A program made the position numbers and the translations under genes. Below the pieces are notes generated by a model, which was not told where the DNA came from, did no database searches, and worked only from the letters and a program-made list of their open reading frames with translations. Shown in pieces: positions 36,012 to 46,330 of a stretch of DNA of 64,000 nt. The DNA is taken from the NCBI GenBank assembly GCA_028023455.1, contig JAQFVV010000007.1, positions 6,758,001 to 6,822,000 of the forward strand, written 5' to 3'. Source of the DNA: Epiperipatus broadwayi. Taxonomy: Eukaryota; Animalia; Onychophora. Numbering within the stretch: the first letter of the stretch is position 1; the number at the start of each line of letters is the position of its first letter.

Positions 36012-36635
36012 TTAAAATATACAACCACCAATATTTTAGCAAAATAATATTTGCCTTCAACTAGCTAAAAGTGTTATGGTCATAGTTTGTTATGCCATAG
36101 GCTATTTATAAAAAGTATTATATAAACACGCGCACACACATATATAAAGTGATGTACAACTCTAACTGAAATCTCTATAAAATATTTTAAATATTTCACA
36201 GCTATATTATTTCAGCTACACTCTTTTAAATAAAGAAAGCCTTGAATTTTGAATGAGTTGCAAAATTCAAGCTTTTCTTTATTTAAAGGAGCAGTGTGTC
36301 TAAAATAATATAGCTATGGGGCATTTAAAATGTATATATATATATCAAAATATTTAAATATAAGTATATATACTTTAAACTAGAGATTTGATCCCAAATT
36401 TTCAAGCTCACTTTAGTCATCCGCTCCATCTTGTGCAACTGATACTTATGACCACATACATGTGAAAAAGATAAATGATTCTCCAATAAACGTATTTTGT
36501 GCAGAACCAGCACTCATCAGTCGATCCAGATCATCATCTCCCATATATATAATCAGTGCTCGGTTTATTTTAAAATATATAACCGCCAACATTTTGGTAA
36601 AATAACATTTTTTGTCAACTAGCTAAAGGGGTTAT
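36012..36635 (-). mobile_element. Terminally redundant unit carrying a family D HHR module
   Basis: 36012-36078 and ~36570-36635 are direct repeats (period ~558). Minus strand reads CTGATGA GTGC-TGGTTCT-GCAC AAAA TACGTTTA TTGG at 36520-36483, homologous to 14101-14250. Confidence 0.65.
36180..36335. repeat. Nested ~155-bp palindrome
   Basis: Core TTTAAATAAAGAAAGCCTTGAATTTTG / CAAAATTCAAGCTTTTCTTTATTTAAA, with imperfect outer arms. Confidence 0.7.
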
Positions 36636-37587
36636 TACATTGTTATAATAAAAACATAGAAAGTTGTAATTAATTAATGCCATATTATTTCATCAAAAAA
36701 TCAATAATTATATATTTTAATATTTGATAAAATGAAAATACACACAGAAAAGGTAGTTTAAAAAAAATAATATTTAGTTTTATCATGGCCTAGGATGCTT
36801 TCAATATATTTTTACTGTATCGTATTCACGGTATATAGTAGTGAGATTAAAATCACCTTTATATCAATGTTTAATTAACTATTCACGTATTCAATTTTAA
36901 TTTAAAATTTAAATAGTCTGTTTCTTTTAAATAAGTATACTTGTTTCTTTTTTGTTAATAGAAAAACGGTCAGCAGTTAGTTATTGCACACGCTTCTTTA
37001 GTCTTCCGCTTTCTATCTTCTTCTCTGAGTGTAAATTATCTCTGTTTTTGTTAGCTCGAATCTATGTGTATTTTCATATTACCAAATATTACGTTGGCTT
37101 AGAAAAGAAGAAAATTAGTAACAATTGAATTACAAAATATTTTCATATCCTACGTGATTATTCCCAAAAGCTACTGTGAATTATAGTATATACAAATTTA
37201 AAGGAAAAGTATTAACCAAAAGAACTTTTGATTACATAATCCATATCATTGATCATGAATATACAAGCAAAAATAGGTTTTTTAAATATATTTTATAAAT
37301 TTATTGATTAATATTTCTAATTTTTAAATTTATTATCTGAAAAATATAACAAGGATTACTGCAGTAAACACTTAAAATGACAAAATAAGGATTTTATTCT
37401 AGCTAAAAAAAAATTGTGGAGGTTTGGACTCATAATTCTATACTATAAAATACATCATTAATCTACATTCTAATTTATTTATTAGTAAATCAATATACAT
37501 TGAGATTATTTAAATCATTTAGATTTTGCAGCTGATATGGTTGTTTTTGCAGATGGTGTTTTGGAGTTTTAGGAAATGTTACAAGAG

Positions 37588-37677
37588 TTTTTTTTTCATG
37601 TATCAAAGCATCAGCCAGGAAGCGAACCCGGGACAACTGCTTGTAAGGCAGCTGTGCTAACCACTCGGCCACTTGAT
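37588..37677 (-). mobile_element. Short tRNA-derived SINE, second copy
   Basis: Minus strand reads TGGCCGAGTGGTTAGCACAGCTGCCTTACAAGCAGTTGTCCCGGGTTCGCTTCCTGGCTGATGC-TTTGATACATG-A9, with A and B boxes. Same 3' end as the 21609 copy. Confidence 0.8.
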
Positions 37678-37939
37678 AAATGCTAAAAAGACCAAAGAAA
37701 TGGTTAATGAATTTTTCAGAAAGAAAAAAAAAGATTGATAATGGGAATGAAAAAATGGTAATAACTACAAATAACTTGGTTAGATTACTAATATCATTGA
37801 ACAATAATGGATAAAATTAATCATAGAATTAGCGTTGGATAGAGTGCTTTTGGTAAAAACAGCTTAGTATTCAAATAAAATATGCCTAGTGTTTAAAAAG
37901 AAATAAAAAATTAACATATACATTTTACCAGTTCATATT

Positions 37940-38200
37940 TATGGATATGATACTTGGACACTTAACAGAAGAACAATACAAAAACTTGAGATCACTCAAA
38001 AAAGTATGTAGAGATATATGTTAGAAATAAGAACTGAAAATAAAATGCATGGCTGAGAGAACAAACAGATTTCACTGCCTTCATAAAAAGGAATTATGAG
38101 ATATAAATGGAGCTAGGTTGGACACATTATTAGAGGGATAGCTAATGCTTTAAATTAGGTCCTGTAAGATTTCAAAAGAATGGATAAAATAAAAAAGTTT
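37940..38200 (+). mobile_element. Decayed RTE-like 3' fragment
   Basis: Remnant TWTL...QKLEITQKSM.R.ML ... WLREQT ... KWS.VGHI. Confidence 0.55.
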
Positions 38201-39922
38201 GCTGGTACAAGATAAAAAAGAGAGGCTAAAGATCAGAAAAATGTGGATTAAACTTCACAAAAATCTATGCCTTGTAGTGCATCAATAATGATTCAAAATT
38301 ATGATGATGAGCAGGAAACATAAGAACAATCAAGCTGAAAATAAAATGATAATTTCATCTCAAACAAATCTCAAATTTAACTAATTACACCCTGTAATAT
38401 AAATAAAATAAATAAATAAAATTGTTACAAGCATCTCTTATAGTTTAGCATCTATAAAAGAATAATAACAATAACTATAGTGTGGTCTATAGTTAATCAT
38501 TCATGATGATGAATATTCTTCTTTGTAATTGTGGCAAACTTAAGTTAGTCTTATTTCTTACTGATCTCTGATGCTCATTATAGTCATTGTATATTTAAAT
38601 TGGATGTATTAAAAGAGATTGATGATGATCAGTGTCATCAACCCAGGTTTATCCCCTTCTTTGTACTGTTATAATATATAAGGATGTCAAATTTTCTGTC
38701 TAAGGCAGACAAAGTAGCATACACTGATAGAAAATTATCATTAGGTAATTTGTGCTTGCTTGCCATCTTTTTAACATAATTTATTCTAGTATTTCAGGCT
38801 TAAACATATTATAAACTTTAATGAACCTTACATCATTAACACTGATAGTTTTAGACAGGGCTTTCTTTTTTAATAAAAAAAAAGATGCTGGAAATGACTT
38901 CCTGTCAAATATTCAAATAATATTCAAATATTATTTAAATGAAATTTAAAACAGCTTTTCCAATGCTTTGAAGCAAATAGAAAAACAAAATTTATCATAA
39001 TTCTTTTATTTTAGACATGTCAAATCTAAAGCAAAAATCATTTATTTGATCCAATAACCAGCATCTAGCCAATCATTTTGAATTTGGCATTCCATCTCAA
39101 TATCCACTTGAAATGATTCAGGAACATCAATGTGCACCAATATTTTCATATTTTCTGTCATTGTTTTAGACTGTTTTATTAGTAGGAATGATGATAGAGA
39201 AGTAACTGGAAATATTTTTCATTTTTAAACTTAGGGTAAACTTACTCTAAAAAATAAATAAAGTAAAAATAATGAGGTTAAATTTATGTAAAAATAAAAT
39301 AAATATTCCACGCATCAATTGCTATGCAGGTGCATTCTGTCACAAATGTCAGGCATTACTGGCTGCACATATGTCACTGTAATCAGTTGTTGTCTACAAG
39401 TAACCAATGGAACATAGACAAATCCACTTCTCACTACATGAGAGTGCCAATTTCGAATCCATCCATATTTCATCTGATTCATAAAACACCATATTTTCTT
39501 ATTTGTTCTAAGTATATAAATATGGATTGTAATTATGTAAGTGTGATACTGTTTCATCTAATTATGTTTGAAACATTAAAAATGCACTAAAACAGGTGTT
39601 GGAATGCTGTTCTACCATGTTATCTGACAAAAAAGCCTTGGTTTTAGATAATATTATGACATAGATATATTTTTACAAAATTTATAAAACTCTATTTCAG
39701 TAACTTTTCTTTAAACTTTCTATTAATATAGGTTTAAAAATTCTTTGAAAAAAAAATATTTTTGACTATTATATTTAATTTAGTTAATATTTGAACAAGG
39801 TCTGGAGTTGAGGAAAGTAATCTGACAAAGGATAATACATGCATTTTTATATTGGACTATTTCCATAATCTAATATGTGTATTGAATGTCTTTAGACAAA
39901 TTTAACTTTATTTAAATATTCC

Positions 39923-40289
39923 AACTAATATATTTAATTTGTGAAGCACAGATAGTTGAAAATTGAAATAAATTGAGATACTGCTAAATCTCTAGCACTT
40001 GTTATAAAACATCTGACAATCAATCAGATGTCATGGATAGCTGTCCAAATGACATTCAAACCTAAACACACAACAAAGATTTAAGCTTTCAAACCTAAAT
40101 ACTTATGACTGGCTTAGATATATAGAAAGAAAAGTAGAGAAAAGGGTGGCCGCCCTTTTCTCATAAAATCTTTGTTGTGTGTTTAGGTTTGAATGTCATT
40201 TGGACAGCTATCCAGGACATCTGATTGGATGTCAGATAAGTTTTATAACGAGCACTAGAGATTTGACAGTATCTCAATTTATTTCAATT
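39923..40289 (-). mobile_element. Nested hairpin element (family G) inserted in the inverted pLTR
   Basis: 12-bp TSD TTTAAATATTCC (39911-39922 / 40290-40301). Arms at 39961-40081 and 40165-40289, with a 38-nt one-sided tail at 39923-39960. Confidence 0.8.
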
Positions 40290-40359
40290 TTTAAATATTC
40301 CGAATACATTCAACTATTAGTAATAGCACATTAAACAGGTTAGTATATGCACAAACTTT

Positions 40360-41140
40360 CTGTAAACACATCAACAATATATCCCCTTCAATTAAATTCA
40401 CAACAAAATCAGAACAAGAACAAAAATTGGCATTCTTAGATATTCTTGTGACAAGACTCCCTCATGGCAAAATTAAAAAAAAACTATAGTTTACTGAAAA
40501 CCTACACATATAAGAAAATACCTAGCCTATACATCCAATCACCCCAGAAACACAAAACATGGAGTTATACTATCACTATGAAACAGAACAAAAGAAGTTT
40601 GTTCAGAAACCAGCAATTTAAAAAAAAAGTTTTATATAGAACAAACTTTTATGAAAAATGGTTATCCATCAGCTGTTATTAAGAAAATGTTAAATAGACA
40701 ACAAAAAGAACCATTAAGAAAAAAGACAATTATTGGTACTGTAGTGTACCCATATATTCCAAAAATAGCAAACAAATTAAGAGAAATCTGTAATCATTAT
40801 AACATCAGAACAGTTTTCCAGAGCCATACCACAAATCTAATATCTAGAAAGCCTAAACTTGAAATTTTGAAAAGAAAAATCTGCATCTATGAAATACCAT
40901 GTGAATGTGGAAATAACATATCCTGGTGAAATCAGTTGTCTCATTGCAAAGCACTTTCAAGAACAAACTGATGATTAGAAGAGAGGAAAAAATGTGTCTA
41001 AGGTAGCAGACTATGTATGTGCCAATGAACATATGTTCAACTGGGAAAATACAAAAATATTGGATAGAGAAGAACGACACAAAGAAGAAAATTTAAAGAA
41101 GCAGCTCACATGATAATGGCAAACAATCCCATAAGCTAAC
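40360..41140 (+). pseudogene. Frameshifted Penelope-type RT C-terminus and GIY-YIG endonuclease
   Basis: HINNISPSIKFTTKSEQEQKLAFLDILV, NGYP..IKK, VVYPYIPKI, IYEIPCECG, and H.FNWENTKILDREE..KFKEA. Confidence 0.9.
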
Positions 41141-41348
41141 CTAGTATGACTATACATAATGTATAAAAATCACTAATCAACTTTGCTCTTAGAAAAAAGT
41201 GGAGAAATCAGGAGGAACATCATAGATAAGTATATGAAATTTCTAATGAATGTTGTCTTTAGCAGAATGGCTTAGTTGGTTAGAGCATTACCTTAAAATT
41301 CAAATCTCAAGAGTCTACCCATGCTAATACTGTCACTGGTTAGGTCAT

Positions 41349-41396
41349 CAACACCTGAAGAAGAAGGGAGAATAATACCTCTCAAAATGTTGTGCA
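41349..41396 (+). ncRNA. Degenerate minimal HHR in the Penelope pLTR
   Basis: CAC CTGAAGA AGAAGGGAGAATAATACCTCTC AAAA TGTT GTG. The expected GAAACGTT has decayed to AAAATGTT. Confidence 0.55.
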
Positions 41397-41859
41397 TATA
41401 CTAAGCTGTTTGATGTGCTATTGATGTGAATGCATTTAGAATTTTTAAATAAAGTTACATATTTTCTAAAAACATTCACTACACATATTAAATGATGGAA
41501 ATAGTCCAATATAAAAATACAACTAAAACACTACCATCACAAACCTTCAGGAAAACACAAAGGATAATACTGTGTTAGAGGTTTGGACCCATCAGTTAAA
41601 ATACTCTCTATATCAATCAATTATGCTCTGTCCTATGGACAGATATAGATAGCAGTCACATAGGTAATTTTCTCCATTTTATTCTGTTCCCTGCATAGGT
41701 CATCAATTTCACATATCAATTTCCATTTCTTATATTTTTCAGCAAGGTCAATCTTCTCCATTTTTTTATCTACTTTCTTTCCAAAACCTACTTCATTAAA
41801 CTATACTTTCTTCTTAGTTTCATTTTTTAAATCTGGTTCTTGGAATGTAAGGACATTGA

Positions 41860-42120
41860 GAAATGTGTGAAAATTGGAAAATTTGATAAGCAAAATGAAA
41901 ATAAGTAATATTGATTTTATAAGATTAAGTATGGAGATGTAAGTGGTGAAGATGTTAAATTGTTTGATTCTAGAGATAATATAGCAGTAAATGGAGTTGG
42001 TATTGCTGATGGCAAAAAAATTTGGAATAGTGTAACAAAAATTATGTTGATGAGGATAACTGCAAAACCTAAGGATTTGGTATTTATACAAGCTTATATA
42101 CAAACATCTGATATAAAGTT
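41860..42120 (+). pseudogene. Decayed RTE APE endonuclease fragment
   Basis: NGVGI ... MRITAKPKDLVFIQAYIQTS (GVG and IQVYAPT motifs). Confidence 0.65.
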
Positions 42121-42344
42121 GAGTATAACAGCCATATCATTATTAATGCTACAAATAACAGAACCAGAATATGAGCTAAACAATAGCTTTTCAGCAACTG
42201 ATAATCTACCCATATTTTATTCCAGACAGTATTGCCGTAGCCATTGTAAGATGTACAATTGGAAAAATATATTTTTTACATATTATATTATTCTTTATTG
42301 GGAATATTATAATAGCAATATTATCATTATCATTTTCAACCACT

Positions 42345-42720
42345 AACAATCCACTGCAGGATGAAGGTCTCTCCAAGATCAATCGATATTCTCCAATTTC
42401 TAGCCTCTATTTAAGGCCACATCACTGCCAAACATTCCTTACTTCATCCACCCACCTCATCTATGGTCCATTTCTATGTCTTTTACAATCTTTTGGAATT
42501 CAGGTTAAGATTTGAAATGTCCATCTGCTATTGTCTCTTCTTGCAATATGTCCAAATGAATTCCACTTCAGTTTTTTAATTCTTTGAATGATGTCAATAT
42601 GACTCATTTGTTCTCTTACTCAAGTATTTCATTTTCTATCTATTCTTGTTAATTCTAACATGCATCTTTCCAATACATTTTTGAGGAGTCTGAAATCTCT
42701 GTATTACTCTTCTGTTAATA
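42345..42720 (-). mobile_element. Decayed RTE 3' end
   Basis: Minus strand reads KLKWNSFGHIARRDNSRWT..IPKDCKRHRNGP.MRW.DEV. Confidence 0.75.
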
Positions 42721-42804
42721 TGTAACTTCAACTATGGTTTCTGAGATAAGTTTTCATAAAAAACAGTATAAGTAATGAAGAGACAACAATGATTTCTGAT
42801 TAAA

Positions 42805-42883
42805 CATTTCTTCAGTGATTTAATCAAAGGATTAAATGCATCATGCATGCATTTAATCCTTTGATTAAATCATTGAAGAAATG
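42805..42883. repeat. Near-perfect palindrome
   Basis: 37-bp arms (42805-42841 / 42847-42883) with one mismatch and a 5-nt loop. Confidence 0.9.
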
Positions 42884-43942
42884 AAGAGAGCCATAGCTCT
42901 AAACCAGTCTGGGGATGGGAACAATCATAGATAAAGGATTAAATGCATACTGTCATGAGATGAGCAAGAATTAATGCATGAAATAGCTTCATCTAAATAA
43001 AACATTTAAAAACAAAATGAGAAAGCAATATACAGAAGCCAAGGTTGTAGGGAATATCAATTATTGAATTTGTATTATTTATTAAAAATAAAGTTTAACA
43101 GTGAAGTCATACTGTATAGAGAATATAGGTAATTAATTATTTATAAAGTTGTTTATGATAATGTCCAAACAGAATAATGATTAAATAAATTAGTTGCTTG
43201 AGAAATCATGTGATATTCAAAATCAGAAGTAACTGTTTGAGTTTTGATCTAGAAACTTCTACCATTGTACAAGGCTTAATATAGTTAACTGAAGCCATAT
43301 ATCAATATATATATATATATATACTTCAATTATATACTACCCCCCCCCCAAACAAAATATAAATAAAGTTAAAAAAATGGTAAAATTTGTAAATTTAATA
43401 AATTTTATTCTACAATAGCAAGCATTTTTCTATCTCAGAGCACCACACATAAATATGTTTAAAATAAAATATTCATAAATGCAATAAACTATACAATACA
43501 GTAGCCATTAGTGTTGAAAATGCATACATTTTATTCTTTACATTAATATCCTTTCAGAAATTGATTTACAATATTTTATATAATAAGCATAATGCTAAAA
43601 GTTTTGCAAAAATTAGAAGCATTCATAAAGTTGAGATGGAATCAAAACAATTAGAGAGAGCATAGTTTTCTGATAGCAAGAATGCTATTATGCTTCCATA
43701 AGAAAAGATGGTTATTTAAAAATACTGCTGGAATGTATTTAATTGCAATGAAATTAGAAATATTACTATTCATTTTGTTTTTTAAAAAAGAAATCTTATT
43801 TTTGAAATGACTGTAAGTGAATACTAACATGATAAATATATATGAAAATGTGTCTCCTTAATTTATTATTAATAACTACATTATTATTTTTTAATTTGGT
43901 TTAAAATATAATTTTAATTTATATAAAAAGTCTATAAATATA

Positions 43943-44500
43943 AATAAAGTACTTTTTTGGTTAAACTGTGTGTTATTTTTGATTACTTCTCAATGTTTCG
44001 AAGGAATAGCATCTGTCATTGTCAAGGTTAATTTTTCCACGAAAAATTGTTAGATCTCATAGAGTAATGATATTGAGTGAGGTAAAGAATGAGATTGAAG
44101 TAGTTGAGCATGCAGAATATGTGAATTAACAAAATGGTTATTTTCTTCAGTTTTATCATTAATTGATTTTAAATTTATATTAGAAGAAAGAAATAAAATA
44201 GTGGGTCTCTATAAGGTAGGAATATAAACTTGAAATCCATTAATGGTGAAATTGAAGAAAATAAATATTTTGTTAATCCACATATTCTTAATACTCGACT
44301 ACTTCACACTCAATTTCATTCTTTATCTCACACTCAATCTCGTTACTATTTTGAGATCTAATGGGTTTTTTTTTTAAAAAAAAAACTTAACCTTGACAAT
44401 GGCGGATCCTATTTCGTCCAAAACGTTGAGAAGTAATCAAAAATAACACACGGTTTAATCCAAAAATTACTTTATTAACATCATATAACCATGAAAACTT
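43943..44500 (+). mobile_element. Family E palindromic element (inverted arm + direct arm + tail) with variant HHR in both arms
   Basis: 43943-44181 is inverted to 44221-44476, with a ~25-nt tail shared with the 13.2-kb copy. TTGACAA lies at 44393-44399 (plus) and 44025-44019 (minus), each followed by a hairpin and (G/A)AAAC(G/A)TT. Confidence 0.8.
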
Positions 44501-44689
44501 TATATATAATATATATAAGTATATCATATATATATGTTAATTTGCATTTCAATAAACTATACAAATACTATTGTAATCAAAGCTTATCTACAAAATGTGA
44601 ACTATTATATATTATATATATATATATATATGATATATGCAAAGAGTCTTGGAAAAATATAGAGGAGATACTGCAATTCTACTATGATT

Positions 44690-45430
44690 ATGTGATGTGA
44701 TGTATTTGGCTTCTCCTTAAACGAAGTCAAGAATATCTCAGCAATTATGCCCAGATAAACCTGTTAGCCATTTTATTCTCCATTCCCCACTCTTAAGTCT
44801 TCCCATATTCTGCCCCATCCCATTTCCACAACAAAAACTTTGTCAACTCTATGGCCTTTATATCTAAATCCCCCTTATCTCTTCACAAACCCAACATAAA
44901 AACTAATAACTCACTTTCTGTATAGTCACTTTGTTCATGTCTATCCTCTCATAACTTCATTATCTGTACCCTTTCTGCTTTCAAGCCTTTACATTCAATC
45001 AACAGGTGCCTAATATTTTCTATACTTTCCTTACACAATCTGCACACTAAATTATCCATGGTTTTCCATTTACATGTATATTCTCTTGTTGCTAAAGATC
45101 CCATTCGAGCCTTAAATAATAAACTACTTTCCTTACTATTATCATAAATTAACTCGCATCCAATATTCCGTTTATTTCTATATATATTTAAACTCTTCTT
45201 ACCCTCCATACTAGTTCTCCATCTCTCCAACTCCCTATTTTTTATTAATGCTTCTATTCTTTTATCCCATTCCTTACCACTATAACACTCAACAATCCTC
45301 CTAACACAATCATTCCACCTTTTATATAAGTATATTAATTTATAAAGTAGTTGGTGCTGCCATTTAGTGAGTATACTACATCTCACACTAACCATCTTTT
45401 TCTTTGTAAAAATAGAAAAATATATCACAT
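44690..45430 (-). mobile_element. Family A LINE, copy 4 (longest)
   Basis: ORF 44949-45428 has SLNIYRNK..DNSKESSLLFKARMGSL..CRLCKESIENIRHLLIEC. Reverse CATCA tail at 44690. Confidence 0.9.
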
Positions 45431-46048
45431 ATTTTATATATTGATAAAATGGATTATTTATTGACTAGGATGTAATAAAATAGTCTTTTTTTAAAAAAAT
45501 ATGTTTTCAGATTCTAAAGCTACTAATCATGTGAATGTTTTATGATATATTGATGATTTAATTTGCATAAATGCTGAAACTTCTAAATATTACATTTTTT
45601 ATTTAAATATATGATTTGTCAAAAGAAACTTGAAAGGCTTAATTGGTTAAAAGTTTATTTAATTATTTCTGTTTATTTTCTTAATTGGTTTTGGCAAAAA
45701 AAAAAAAAAAAATCTTAAATTTTTGGTTGTATTTTTAATTAGTTAAAATCATTGGAGACATGGGTTTATCTATGGATGAGTGAATTAAATAATTTATTTG
45801 ATTTTGTTTTGACATTTTTGATTGGTTTTAATAATTAAAAAATATATAAAAAAGTGATGTTTGAATCCACAAACATTTTATATTGCTCCAAAACAATGTT
45901 TTAATTTCTATAATATATATATAACATCACCAAACTATCATATTCATATGAAACCTAATGATTATTACTCAAGTTGGCCAGAGTGGCGGCAAGAATTGGA
46001 ATAGCAGAAATAGATTTAGTACTCAAAAATAATACATGGCAAAAATCT

Positions 46049-46330
46049 GATCATATTTTGTTTAGCATGATAACAATCCTGGATAAAACATGTGGGTGTT
46101 TATAAAAGTGAGGATATCAAAATATATAGAAAGGAAACTGATGTCATATCTATATAATTACACAGACAAGTTGGATTCAATTCAAAATATTAATATGTCT
46201 TTGAATTTCAGGCTAAAAGTCTGACAATAAAAAAAACAACAATGGATGCTAGAGGAAAGGTGCATTAGATCCAGACACAAAACTTCTAGTTACTAAAAGC
46301 TATAAACTGGTCTGGTGGCATGGATAGGAT
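46049..46330 (+). mobile_element. Old, highly diverged family C copy
   Basis: Collinear blocks GATCAT..TGTTTAG..CAATCCTG, AAAATATTAATA.GT.TTT.AATTTCA and GGTGCATTAGATCC, then a relic ..GCTA TAAA CTGGTC TGG..TGGAT at the HHR position. Confidence 0.55.

Larger units (their letters stand above)
39839..41556 (+). mobile_element. 5'-truncated Penelope-like element: inverted pLTR + RT end/GIY-YIG + HHR pLTR + tail
   Basis: 14-bp TSD ACAAAGGATAATAC (39825-39838 / 41557-41570). 39841-39922 plus 40302-40354 are inverted to 41390-41520. Confidence 0.85.
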
